DNA of 63,418 bases, the filler included, from Reclinomonas americana ATCC 50394 (lineage: Eukaryota): the NCBI GenBank assembly GCA_048213135.1. It is 7 parts of 3 records of this genome, joined end to end, with 100 filler letters (N's around TTAATTAATTAA, not from the genome) between each part and the next. Parts side by side here need not be neighbours in the genome. Positions count along the whole stretch, not along the records: positions 1 to 10,004 come from PS015706.1; positions 10,105 to 16,746 come from PS015707.1; 5 more parts are not named here. One strand, 5' to 3'. Every line of letters begins with the position of its first letter. Position 1 is the stretch's first letter. Positions 1-13,300 of the stretch are shown here, piece after piece. The translations under genes and the position numbers were made by a program. The notes under the pieces are model-generated. The model did no database searches and was not told the DNA's origin. It saw only the letters and a program-made list of their open reading frames with translations.

Positions 1-194
1 GGGGCAGCGCCAACCGCCGGAGCGATATCATTCAGCTCAATGGAAGTCGGTGCTCCTCCCGCTGCTCCTCTGCCTCTTTGTGCGCCAGGAGCGACGCTGT
101 TGAAGCCGACTCCGGCGGCGGCGGCTTCTGGTGGTGCGTTGTTCGTGGCGTTGTTGTTGGCGCCAGCGCGGCCGGTGAAGCCGCGTGCGGCCAT
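1..194 (-). CDS. 5' part of an unknown gene running off the window edge (MAARGFTGRAGANNNATNNAPPEAAAAG...)
   Basis: ATG at 194-192 opens a stop-free, GC-rich frame to position 1. It is divergent from the large + strand gene. No family recognised. Confidence 0.4.
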   Translation of the reverse strand, partial: MAARGFTGRAGANNNATNNAPPEAAAAGVGFNSVAPGAQRGRGAAGGAPTSIELNDIAPAVGAA

Positions 195-380
195 TGAGAG
201 TGTGTGTTTTCGTGTGAATATGTGACAATTTGATGGGTGTGACTGCATGCATTGGATTGTCCACAGACTGGATGTGTGTCGTACGCCACCGCCGGTGCAG
301 AGCAACCACTTTACTCTTTGGCTGTTTGACCTCCTTCGCAGTCGAATACTGCCGATCCGCATCTTACTTCGCCGGTGTTC

Positions 381-474
381 AGATTGGTGTCTGTGTTGAT
401 GTTTTGGATACGGTTGAACTTGGTCATCAAGACAGCTGTTGCTTGTTTGTTGGTGAATGAATTGTTGTTGTTGT
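381..474. repeat. Dispersed intergenic repeat, copy A
   Basis: gatgttttgg..cggttgaacttgg.cat.aagacagctgttgcttgtttgttggtgaatgaattgttgttgttgt recurs at 42609-42685 and, inverted, at 45311-45373. Confidence 0.85.
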
Positions 475-1319
475 CCAATTGCAATTGCGATAGATTTACA
501 ACAACATCAACAACAACAAGATCTACAGCTACTGCAGCTACTCACAACCTCGCAGCGCAACGTGGCCGGCGGCCCTAGCTAAATGGCACAAACCAACATC
601 GACACGGAACGGGTGGGCTGTACGCGGAATGCGCCCCAGATGCATGCAGATTCAGTATCTTCGGTCGTCACTTGTCGATTTCGATATCGATATGTCGCGG
701 TTTTTGTTCGATCTCGGAATTCTGCTGCCACCAAGATCAGAATTAACGCTCACTTTTCGGAACTTACTCGGTACCATGATGTTGCCTATTTGTCATGTTG
801 CGGGTGGTTGCCGAATTTACCAATATTGAAAGAGGAGTGAATTCGTGAAAACATGCATGCATGTACTCGTAGTTCACATTACACGCTGTGTTGGATGCAG
901 TGCGCGAGTGCCATCGCTTGTGCGCGTATCATACAGCGTCGACCTATGCGTGTCCAGCCGTGTGCTTGACTGCAATTTGACGCCGAATTGGACTCAATCA
1001 TTTATTGCGTCCCCCACTCATATCAGTCCGGCACCACCACGCATCCCCACTCTTCGTCTCGCTCGCTCTTCCTCTCTCTCCTCTGCATCACGACTCGCTC
1101 GTGCAGCACGTTCGTTTCCGAAACGGTGAGACTTTGTTCGTGACAGTCTGTGTCGACAAGAGCTAGCTGCTCGACTGACTCGTCTGCATCTCTTCCACAC
1201 GCATGCAGAGGGCGGCGCACATGCACACACACGGAGGGTTGCTAGCGACGTCTGCAGCACGGAGGCCATCATTCGCAACATCAATGTGTGGGAACCGTTT
1301 TGCGCCGTCGTGTACGCAC

Positions 1320-4300
1320 ATGTCGTCCCTCGTGCACCACAACCACCACAACCACCAGCGCCAACTGCATCGACCTCTACCCAACACCATCTCTCCTCTC
1401 GTCGCCATCGTCGTCATCGCAGCACTGGCCGTCTTGGCTGCCCCAGTGTGCGGCCAGATGGACCCCATCGTCAACACGAGTGCCGCCTCGTCACCGACTC
1501 AGAGCAGTGTCGTTCTCAACGCCTCCGTCAACCCCAATGGAGCATCCACTGCCACGAACGGATTCTTTGAGTACGCTGAGTTGCAAGTGAGCACAGAGCA
1601 GTTGGCGGCAAATGTCGGCACCACGAGTGGACATATGACCTATGATGCCGCCGGTAACCTTGTAATGACATCCACGAACGCGCACGTTGTGCGCCGCATC
1701 AGCACAACTGGCGTGGTGACACACGTGGCTGGAACGAGCGGCACTTCAGGATCTACAGATGGGACTGGCACCGCCGCCCGGTTTAACGGTCCAGTTGGCA
1801 TCGCCGTTCACTCACCTTCCGGTGACTATCTTGTGGTTGACAGGGGAAATCGAACGCTGCGACGAGTTGCGTGTATTTATCGCGACCCGCTTGCTGATAG
1901 GAGGGTAATTCAAGTTATCACTGCACTCCCACAGGTGACGGCTGGTGGTGTCGTGACGACATACGCAGGAGTCGCAGGCGTGACTGATTATGTGGACGGG
2001 ATAGGTTCAGCAGCTCGGTTCAGCTCACCGAACGGACTTGCCATCACCACCAACGGTTCTGTGTTATATGTGTGCGATTCAAGCGGACTCCGTGCTGTTC
2101 AAACGACAACTGCCACTGTTTCGACAGTGACTACCAGCGTGTCGTGTTTCGGGATCGTCATTGGATCGACCGGCCAAGAAGTGTTCGTGACGGGTGCCCC
2201 GGGTGTATCGAAAATTGTTCTCAGCACGACGACTGTATCGACCGTAGCAAGTAGCAGTATCAATTCTGGAAGAGCAGACGGTGTGGGCACTGCAGCGTCG
2301 TTCTCGACGACACTTGGTGGTCTGGCAATGGACGCTGACGGCAACCTGTTTGTGGTGGACGCTGGCAACTCCTGCATCCGCCGAGTGACGCCCTCTGGCA
2401 GCGTGATGGCATACGCTGGACGCTGTGATTCAGGCAGTGGCAGTGCTGACGGCGCGGGTAGCATTGCACGCTTCACCCTAGTCAACACAAGTGGCATCGT
2501 GTTCAACAGCCAATCCAACTCGCTGCTGGTGGCTGATGCCAAGGGTAACTGCAGTGATTTTTCTTCTCCTTGCTGCAATGTGTTGCCTTCTCGCTAAACG
2601 TGTATCTCACAGGCCTCCGTCGGATCTCCTATCCGACCACGTTTTCAGTGGCAAGTGCGTCGCCGGCTAACTTGACGGGCACCACGGCGGTGTCTGTTTC
2701 TGCCACCATCTCTGGTCTGTCGCCATCGACCACCTACGTGTTCCAGGCAGCGGCGACCAACAACAATGGAGCCACTGCGATGCGTGGTTCGGCACAGCTT
2801 GCCACGACTCTCAACCTGCCAACGCTGGGAACGCCTACATTTTCGAAATCGTCTCTAACCTTGACTGTGACTTGCCCAATCACCACCAACAACGGCGGCG
2901 CCTGTGCAGTAACTGTGACACTCTCGACGGCTTCCAATATGTCACCCGTCTTGCAGACACTTACGGCCTCCAGCTCCGTCACCTCTGCCACGGCGGGCAC
3001 CACCGTCTCCGCCACAGCCTCGGGATTGACGTCCAACACCACCTTCTACTTTCGGTGTGCGGCAGTACCGGCGAGTGACACCAGTCAGTCCGTGACCAGC
3101 TCAGTGGCCTCTACGACGACGTCTCCACTCCCAGTTATCGTTTCAACAAGCATTACGTCCAGCACATCGTCGTCGGTGACAGTTGCTGTGACGATGAACC
3201 CTAAAGGCAGTGCGGAAGTGACTGTTGCTTTTGATTACTCGACGGACGGCAGCTTCAATATCGGCGTGCAGTTGTGGTCCGTGGTCACCCCGACTGGAAC
3301 GCAGACTGGTACAAGTAATATCGCGGTGTCTGCAACAGTGACTGGACTCAATGGCAGCACCAGGTGGTACTTTCGAGCACGTCTCACTTCCTCAGAGCTC
3401 GTCCCGCCACTGTTGGGAAGCACCGTGACGGCGAGTACTGTAAGTACGACGTCATCGAGCATCAGCCCCGTGTCTGCGGTCCTCAATGCAACTGTGTTGC
3501 CGCCGAGCGGAGACAGTGTTACGTCCTTGACATTCCAGTTCTCCTCCACAGACCCTATACTTGTGACGAGTGTGACAACTGTTTCCTCGGTGACCCCAGC
3601 TGCTCCGTACATGGGAACTTCTATCATTGCTGTGTCTGGCACCGCCACCGGACTCAGCCCTTCAACACAGTATTGGTTTCAGGTGGTTCTCGTCACTGCA
3701 GCGGGCACCGTCAACAGCACACCAGTGTCATTCACCACGCTGACAATGCCGACATGGAGCACACTCTCGGCGACTGATGTGCAGCAGAGCACGGCCACTC
3801 TTCGCGCCTTACTGAATCCGAACACGGTTCCGCTGGTGCCGTCTGTTACAACCGGTGCGGCAGTCGGCACCTCCACGTCAACCACCACGGTGAACGGAAC
3901 TGTCAACGCGAACGATGCAGCCTCCACGACCAGCGCGTGGTTCGAGGTCGGTGAACCTGTAGTGAGTACTTTTGCGAGCGCCACGCCCGCGAATCTTGCG
4001 GGACTCGTAGCCGATGCCTCAGGCAACCTGTACATGGCAAGCAGTACTCGGACAGCCGTCGTGCGAGTGACATCTGGCGGTGTTGTCTCGACCTTTGCCG
4101 GCAGTACATCAGCAGGAACTGCGGATGGAACAAACGCGAGTGCTTCCTTCAAGAACATTACCGGCCTTGCAGTGCACCCCCCCACTGGCGATCTCTTCGT
4201 CGTCAGTGGGAAATCCACTAGTCCTTCCTACTGCGCAGTTCGCCGAGTGTCTGTGGCATCTGCCACTGTGAGTACTTTTGCGGGCACATCGACCAGTACA

Positions 4301-7300
4301 TGCGCCTTGTCTTCGAATTCTCCAAGCGGTACCGGAAGTACTGCGAAACTTGGAGCTGATTCGAGCGGAGCTGCAATGCGCAGTGACGGCTCCATTCTGT
4401 ACATCGGTGGCTCCACCATACCGGTTCAGCAGCTGACGATTCCGGGAGCCGCAATCTCTGCAGCCCCAGGAAGTGAGGCATGCCAGGCTTCATTTGCAAC
4501 ACAGTTGGTAATAGACCCCAGCGACACATACGTTATAATTAACCCAACCTCCGACAAGTTGTGTCGGTACAACACTGTGTCACAAACTGTAGATCTCACG
4601 ATAGTGGCAGCCGTACCCCCGCAAAACGTTGATACAGTGGGACCTACTGTTAACTTTATCGGGACGTTTTCCGCGTTAGCGTTTGATAACGAAGGGTTTT
4701 TGTACTTCGGAACCTCCTCTCCCACACAGGGAGGTTGTATTCGGTAAGGGCGTGTTCTGTTACGAACTTTGTTGCGTTGTCATTCGTGCTCACTCTTATC
4801 TCTGCGGTGACACAGTAAGTACGACTTTGTAAACGCTGTCATGAGTACCTTTGCTGGCACCTGCGGTTCGACTGGGACAGTCATTAATGGAGTAGCGTCT
4901 GCGGCCCGATTTTCATCGTATTCTCCGCATGTTGCGTACCACGCAGCTTCAGGGTCGTGGTTTGTCGGCGACGTTGACAACATGGTGATCCGAAGAATCA
5001 GCATGCCGTCGACATTCACGTCGACCACCGCCACGCCGCCAACTGTCAGCGGATCATCATCGACTGCAGTTGGCGCTGCTGTGAGTGCACTTCCAGGCAG
5101 AACGTACTTTTATCGCACGGCTGCAAGCAACGACGCTGGAATGACGGTTGTACGTGGATCGCTGTCGTCTTTTGTTGGGTGTTTCAGCTCTCCCGTCTCC
5201 ATCAATATCAGTGCCAGCATGCCCGCATACACGGCAACTACTGTTGCACTGACAGCTTCTGTTTCACTCAACAGCAACATTGTGTCAGCGGTTGTCTTCC
5301 AAGTGACGGTATCGACAGACACGTCATTTGCAAATGCCTCCTTGGTCACGCGACCTGCTGCGGAAGCTATGCCCCTCGTCGGTATTACGATGGCAACGTC
5401 ATTAAGTAGTGGAACAATATCTGGCCTGACTCCTTCCACTGCTATGCGCTGGCGAGTCTGTGCAACTGTGAGTGGTGTAGCAACGCAAGTGTGTTCATCT
5501 TCCACCTTCACGACAAGCGCGCTGCCCTCAGTCACGACAAGCAGTGCGACCCTGACAGCACTTGACTCTGCCACCCTGGCTGGTTCTGTGAACCCAAACA
5601 ATAGTGCGACTGTGACATTCGTATTTCAAGTGTCACTGGACTCCACGTTTGCGACTGGTGTTGTCATTGTATCAAGCACGTCGCCTGCAGGTCCGTTTAT
5701 AGGGAACTCCTTGCAGACCGTAACCGCCACTGTCACTGGTCTGTTGCCGAGTCGTACATATTACTTCCGTGCTGTTGGCACTTCTGTTGATGCACCATCT
5801 GGGGTATCCGACGTGCCCAAATCTTTCTCAACTGTCCTCACCTTGGCAGCCACAAGTGTCGCGCCAGTGTCCGCTGTTCTGAATGCCTCACTCGACCCTG
5901 GCGCACTGGGTGCTGCGAGTGCTTCATTTTTGTATTCCACGTCGCCAACGCTCGCCACCGGCGTAGTCACCGTGATGTCCGTGTCGCCCGCTGGCCCATA
6001 CTCGACCCCCGGTGCTGTTGCGATCAGTGCGGCTGTCAGTGGGCTGTCAGCCAGCACCACGTACTTCTTCCAGGTGACGGTGACCATCAACTCAACCACG
6101 CTGAGTGGTGCCATCTTGTCGTTCTCCACTCGTCCGCTTCCGGCGCTGACAACCACGGCTGCCACCGCGGTGGTTGCTAGTAGTGCTATTCTCAACGCCT
6201 CCGTGGGCACCAATGGTGGCAGTACTGTGACGGTTTCGTTTCAGTACTCGACAGACTCGACCTTCGCTACTGGTGTGGTGACTGTCTCCAGTATCTCGCC
6301 GACCGCGACTGTGACTTCAACAGCACCCATCAGTATTAGTGCGACGGTTACTGGCCTCAGTCCTCCTCTTGTTTACTACTTTCGCGTGGTTGGTACGACG
6401 GTGGACTTGACTGCACCACAACTGGGTACAGCTCTTTCGTTTTCCACCGTGGAAACATCAGCAGTGACCGACCTGACTCCGCAGAGTGTGTTGTTCCGCG
6501 GCGCACTGAATCCTGCTGGCCAGAGCTGCACTGCTGTGTTTCAGTACAGCACGTTGTCGACACTGGCCACGGGCGTCATCACCGTGAGCGTTTTGACGCC
6601 CTCGTCACCTTACACTGGCACCACTCGCATCGATGTCGCGGCCACTGTCACTGGTCTCACTCCGCTGACGACGTACTACTTCCGCTTTGCTGTGACAGTG
6701 ACGGCCACAATGCAGGTGCTGCAGGGTGCGATTCTGTTCTTCATCGCCCCCGGCAACCCCACTGTCACGACGGTGGCCGCCTCCTCTGTGTTCCAGACGA
6801 CAATCACCCTCAACGGCACTGTTGATCCGAAAAACAACAGCGCAGTCACCGTGACGTTTGAGTACAGTCTCGTTGCGGACCTGTCAAGTGGCGTGACGGT
6901 GGTGACGACAACCACGCCGGCTGGGCCGTTCTCTGGCAGTGGATCGCAGACAGTGTCGGCGGTCGTTGCCGGCCTCCAACCAAACACGAGCTATTCGTAT
7001 CGTGTGGTGGCTGTCGTGGTTGGCAATTCGCCGCAACGCGGTTCAATTCTCACGGCAACAACCCCCGGGCTGCCGGTTGTGATGATCGGAAGTGCCACGA
7101 TTATAACAGCCGGGTCGGCGACACTGTCAGCAACGGTGAATCCTTCCAATGGTCGCGCCGATACAGTGTCATTCATTGTGGCCACCGACGCCGCGTTCAC
7201 CGCCAATGTGATCACCGTGTCGAACACCACTCCTGTTGCGCCCATCACGGGATCCGCTCCTGTGACTGTCACTGCCGTTGTGAGCGGACTCGGCCCAGCC

Positions 7301-10300
7301 ACCACGTATAATTTCAAGTTCGCAAGCACTGTTCAGGGTGTATCGCCAGCGCAGGAGTCCATGTCGGCAACATTTGCAACGCTTAACGTGCCATTGGTTG
7401 TGAGTCTGGCGGCCGTGGTGACAGGCCCGACATCTGCGACGCTGGGAGGCAGTGTGAATGCGCAAGGTGGATCGACGGTCACCGTGTCGATCGAGTTCTC
7501 CACATCCATGACGTTTGCGAATGGTGTGCTCACTGCATCTGCAGTGTCGCCAGTCACCGTCAGCGGCACCAGCACCGTGAATGTGACTGGTAGTGCAGCC
7601 GGTCTCACGATAAGCACGCAGTACTACTTCCGCATTGTGGCCACCACGAGTGGTGGAGCGTTTGTGCGATACGGCAACGTGGTTCCATTTACACCGTTCA
7701 ACCTTCCTGTTGCCACCAGCTCATCCGCCACTGTGACGAGCGCCGTGTCAGCGACGCTGAGTGGCAGTGTGAATGCGCAAGGTGGACCGACTGTCACTGT
7801 GTCGATTGAGTACTCCACGTCCATGACGTTTGCGAGTGGCGTACTGAGTGCGTCGGCAGTGTCACCGACCACGGTCAGTGGCGGCATGGACACGGCAGTG
7901 ACAGGAAGTGCAACGGGCTTGGCACCCAACACGCAGTACTACTTCCGCGTTGTGGCCACCACGAGTGGTGGAGCGCCTGTGCAGTACAGCAATCCGCTGC
8001 CATTCACCACGTTCAAATTGGCCACTGCCACCAGCTCACCCACCACTGTGACGAGCGCCGTGTCAGCGACGCTGGGAGGCAGTGTGAATGCGCAAGGTGG
8101 ACCGACAGTCACTGTGTCGATCGAGTTCTCCACATCCATGACGTTTGCGAGTGGCGTACTGAGTGCGTCGGCAGTGTCACCGACCACCGTCAGCGGCAGC
8201 GTGGACACGGCAGTGACGGGTAGTGCAACGGGCCTGACACCCAACACACAGTACTACTTCCGCATTGTGGCCACCACGAACGGTGGAGCGCCTGTGCAGT
8301 ACAGCAATAATACGCTGCCATTCACCACATTCAAGTTGGNNNNNNNNNNNNNNNNNNNNNNNNNNNNNNNNNNNNNNNNNNNNNNNNNNNNNNNNNNNNN
8401 NNNNNNNNNNNNNNNNNNNNNNNNNNNNNNNNNNNNNNNNNNNNNNNNNNNNNNNNNNNNNNNNNNNNNNNNNNNNNNNNNNNNNNNNNNNNNNNNNNNN
8501 NNNNNNNNNNNNNNNNNNNNNNNNNNNNNNNNNNNNNNNNNNNNNNNNNNNNNNNNNNNNNNNNNNNNNNNNNNNNNNNNNNNNNNNNNNNNNNNNNNNN
8601 NNNNNNNNNNNNNNNNNNNNNNNNNNNNNNNNNNNNNNNNNNNNNNNNNNNNNNNNNNNNNNNNNNNNNNNNNNNNNNNNNNNNNNNNNNNNNNNNNNNN
8701 NNNNNNNNNNNNNNNNNNNNNNNNNNNNNNNNNNNNNNNNNNNNNNNNNNNNNNNNNNNNNNNNNNNNNNNNNNNNNNNNNNNNNNNNNNNNNNNNNNNN
8801 NNNNNNNNNNNNNNNNNNNNNNNNNNNNNNNNNNNNNNNNNNNNNNNNNNNNNNNNNNNNNNNNNNNNNNNNNNNNNNNNNNNNNNNNNNNNNNNNNNNN
8901 NNNNNNNNNNNNNNNNNNNNNNNNNNNNNNNNNNNNNNNNNNNNNNNNNNNNNNNNNNNNNNNNNNNNNNNNNNNNNNNNNNNNNNNNNNNNNNNNNNNN
9001 NNNNNNNNNNNNNNNNNNNNNNNNNNNNNNNNNNNNNNNNNNNNNNNNNNNNNNNNNNNNNNNNNNNNNNNNNNNNNNNNNNNNNNNNNNNNNNNNNNNN
9101 NNNNNNNNNNNNNNNNNNNNNNNNNNNNNNNNNNNNNNNNNNNNNNNNNNNNNNNNNNNNNNNNNNNNNNNNNNNNNNNNNNNNNNNNNNNNNNNNNNNN
9201 NNNNNNNNNNNNNNNNNNNNNNNNNNNNNNNNNCCACTGCCACCAGTTCATCCGCCACTGTGACGAGCGCCGTGTCAGCGACGCTGAGTGGCAGTGTGAA
9301 TGCGCAAGGTGGACCGACAGTCACCGTGTCGATCGAGTACTCCACATCCATGACGTTTGCGAGTGGCGTACTGACTGCATCTGCAGTGTCACCGACCACC
9401 GTCAGCGGCAGCATGGACACGGCAGTGACGGGTAGTGCAACGGGCCTAACACCCAACACACAGTACTACTTCCGCATTGTGGCCACGACAAGTGGTGGAG
9501 CGCCTGTGCAGTACAGTGGTGCGCTGCCATTCACCACATTCAAACTGGCCACTGCCACCAGCTCGCCCGCGACTGTGACAAGTGCCGTGACGGCGACGCT
9601 GGGAGGCAGTGTGAATGCGCAAGGTGGACCGACAGTCACCGTGTCGATTGAGTACTCCACATCTATGGCGTTTGCGAGTGGCGTACTGAGTGCGTTGGCA
9701 GTGTCGCCTGCGACCATCAGCGGCAGCATGGACACACCAGTGACAGGAAGTGCAACGGGCTTGGCACCCAACACGCAGTACTACTTCCGCATTGTGGCCA
9801 CCACGAGCGGTGGAGCGCCTGTTCAGTACAGTGGTGCGCTACCATTCACCACGTTCAAACTGGCCACTGCCACCAGCTCGCCCGCGACTGTGACAAGTGC
9901 CGTGTCGGCGACGCTGAGTGGCAGTGTGAATGCGCAAGGTGGACCGACAGTCACTGTGTCGATCGAGTACTCCACATCCATGACGTTTGCGAGTGGCGTA
10001 CTGANNNNNNNNNNNNNNNNNNNNNNNNNNNNNNNNNNNNNNNNNNNNTTAATTAATTAANNNNNNNNNNNNNNNNNNNNNNNNNNNNNNNNNNNNNNNN
10101 NNNNCTGCATCTGCAGTGTCGCCTGCGACCGTCAGCGGCAGCATGGACACGCCAGTGACAGGAAGTGCGACAGGCCTGACACCCAACACGCAGTACTACT
10201 TCCGCGTTGTGGCCACCACGAGTGGTGGAGCGCCTGTGCAGTACAGTGGTGCGCTGCCATTCACCACGTTCAAGTTAGCCACTGCCACCAGCTCGCCCGC

Positions 10301-13300
10301 GACTGTGACAAGTGCCGTGTCGGCGACGCTGGGAGGCAGTGTGAATGCGCAAGGTGGACCGACTGTCACTGTGTCGATTGAGTACTCCACATCCATGACG
10401 TTTGCGAGTGGTGTGCTGAGTGCGTTGGCAGTGTCGCCTGCGACCATCAGCGGCAGCATGGACACACCAGTGACAGGAAGTGCAACGGGCTTGGCACCCA
10501 ACACGCAGTACTACTTCCGCATTGTGGCCACCACGAGTGGTGGAGCGCCTGTGCAGTACAGTGGTGCGCTGTCATTCACCACGTTCAAACTGGCCACTGC
10601 CACCAGTTCGCCCGCCACTGTGACAAGTGCCGTGTCAGCGACACTGAGTGGCAGTGTGAATGCGCAAGGTGGATCGACTGTCACCGTGTCGATCGAGTAC
10701 TCCACGTCGATGACGTTTGCGAGTGGCGTGCTGAATGCGTTGGCAGTGTCACCGACCACCGTGAGCGGCAGTGTGGACACGGCAGTGACAGGTAGTGTAA
10801 CAGGCTTTACACCCAACACGCAGTACTACTTCCGCATCGTGGCCACCACGAGTGGTGGAGCGCCTGTGCAGTACAGCAATGCGCTGTTATTCACCACGTT
10901 GAGACTGCCAGTGCCGGTGGCCGGTAGCGCATCCCCAACAAGTCCAGTGGCAGTGGCTCTCGTTGGCTCTGTAGATCCATCCAGTGCTCTCGCCGTTGCC
11001 GTCTCCATGGAATACTCTGCATCTGCGACTTTCGTCATCGGCACAGTGAATCAAGTGACTGGCGTGTCACCTGCTGTGGTCGGTGGCACCTCGTCTGTGT
11101 CTGTCTCTGCCTCACTCACTGGCCTTACTCCGGCCACGTCGTACTACTTTCGAGTGGTGGCCAGTGCTGGTGGTGGTGTGCCTGTGCAGTTGAGTGCGCC
11201 ACTGGCATTCACCACTCCGCCCCCTCCCGTGGTTCTCGGCACCAATGTGGATTCCATCGCGTTCACTGGCGCAACAGTGACAGTCTCCATTGACCCTCAA
11301 CATGTGGCGATGGGGGCCGCGCTTGCCGTTCTTCATGTGTCCACCGATGCAGCATTTGGCAGCATGAACATGACTACTGTGACTCTGCCGACCATGCCTC
11401 CGATCGCGGGAACTGCGGCAGTGTCGCTGACCGCGAAGCTGACGTCCCTCACTCCGGCAACACAGTACTACGTTCGTGCCCGCTGTGTGTTGACCAGTGG
11501 CACGTACAGCGTCACCGGCAGCGTCGTCACCTTTTCCACCGCTCCAGCATGTGCTCAACCGACGTTTGGCACCAACTGTGAAGGTTGCGTGCCGGAGCAC
11601 AAGCTTGCAAGGGCGTTGACTATCCAACAGATCCATCCTCTCTCACACCGTGCTCGTTGTGCATGCAGGTCGTGTCGACTCGCTGTCTCCACTGCTGGTG
11701 AACCAGTATGGAACGACCACATTCACCTTGCGCGGCAGTCAGCTGCTGCCAACAGGTCTGCTCTTGCCAGCACTTGATTCGCGCTTCTGCTTCTTGCCTC
11801 TCACTCGTCTCTCCGTCTGTGCAGATCGGATCCTGTTCACTACAGATCCAGGCTCCTGTTCCACCACTTCTGCTGCAGCACCAGCACTCGCAGCCGATGC
11901 ATCAAGCACCACTGTGAGCCCGGACGGCAAGCAGTTGACCGTGTCCATCCGTGCCACCTCTCTGGCCACTGCCAGTCCATCCACTCCGTTATTTGCATGC
12001 CTTCAGTTGCGTCAGCGCCTCCTTTTGGTGTTGATGGGCTCTCCTCGCATCTCACCGCTGTTGGCAGGCGAGCACCGTTTGCCATTTCGTACCCTGTGAG
12101 CGCGATGGGTATTCGCATCGACAAACAAGGTGCATCCTCGTCGACAGCAGCAGCGTGCACGTGTCTCTGCACCATCGTTACTCACACTTGTGATAATGCA
12201 GAGCCGTCCATCACTCGCATATTGCCTTCTGTTCTGAGCAACATGGTGTCCACTCCGGTGACACTGGAAGGACAACGATTGCCAGAGAGTGACATGCTGG
12301 CGCTGCTGGTGGAATCGCCTTCGTCGTGCGCCGGTGGTGTGGCGGCTGCTGGAACATCTCTCGGCGCGTTCTCAGTGACTGCCTCTGGCACTGTTGGCGT
12401 GGCACAGTTCACTCCGTCGCCACTGACGTCGGGATCGCTGCCGTCGTACTCGGCGCTGATTTTGTGTGTGCGGTATGAAGAAACGCAGTGGTGCTTCTTG
12501 TACGCGTGTGTGCCGTCGATTGACGTGTCTTGGTCTCGGTGCAGGTATTCTACGACTGGCTCGTTCCGACCTGTCACCCGGCTCGACTCAGTCAGCGTAG
12601 TTGGTGACTCCTATGTGTAATCTCCCCTTGTTGCATGACACCAATTCTCACATGTGCACACGCTGGCGCCACACAGCTCCTGCCGCATCAACAGTGCAGC
12701 CAGCGACTGTCACCAATCTGGTGCCATCCACACTCACCATCACCGGCAATTTGCTGCCACCGAGTGGAGTTGAAGTGGTCTTGCGACAGAAGACAACCGC
12801 CGCTGCCTCCGTCAATGCGTGCGCCGTGGCGAGTGGTGGTGGTCCGCTGTTGACTGATGTGGACGACGTGACACTCGGGCAAGTGATGGTGCAAAGTGCC
12901 GCACAAGTGACCGTGACAGTGACTCCACTGCGCACTGGCAACAACAGTCCTCCAGTGCACGATCGACTGGCGCTGTGTATACGGTGAGTTGCTGGGTGAT
13001 CACCGTCATGTTCGTGTATCTCAGCATCCCTCACACACTCTCTCGCCAGCATGTCATCGCGTCATGCGTTCCAAGAGCTGGGACCAATCGCCGTTGTTGG
13101 TTTCGTTTCACTCATTTTCGAAGTGCCGTCCTCCTTTGCGCTCATGCGCCCTCCACAGGGCCCACATTCACAACATTCTCGCCTCGTCAGCTGCGACCAG
13201 CAGTTCCATCTGTGGTCACCCTCAACGGCCAGTCGTTCCACCCCGACGATCACGTGTTTGTCTTTGCAAATGGAACCGTCACATCACAAGCAGGCCGTGG

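Noticed and set aside
10049..10060. TTAATTAATTAA palindrome recurring between N runs (also 16791, 20835, 38928, 44790, 51230)
   Set aside because: Identical 12-mer centred in 100-nt gaps with stops in all frames: an artificial scaffolding spacer.
7333..11044. Series of 102-aa minus-strand ORFs, or a CRISPR-like array
   Set aside because: Antisense shadows of the 315-bp coding repeat; there is no repeat-spacer structure.
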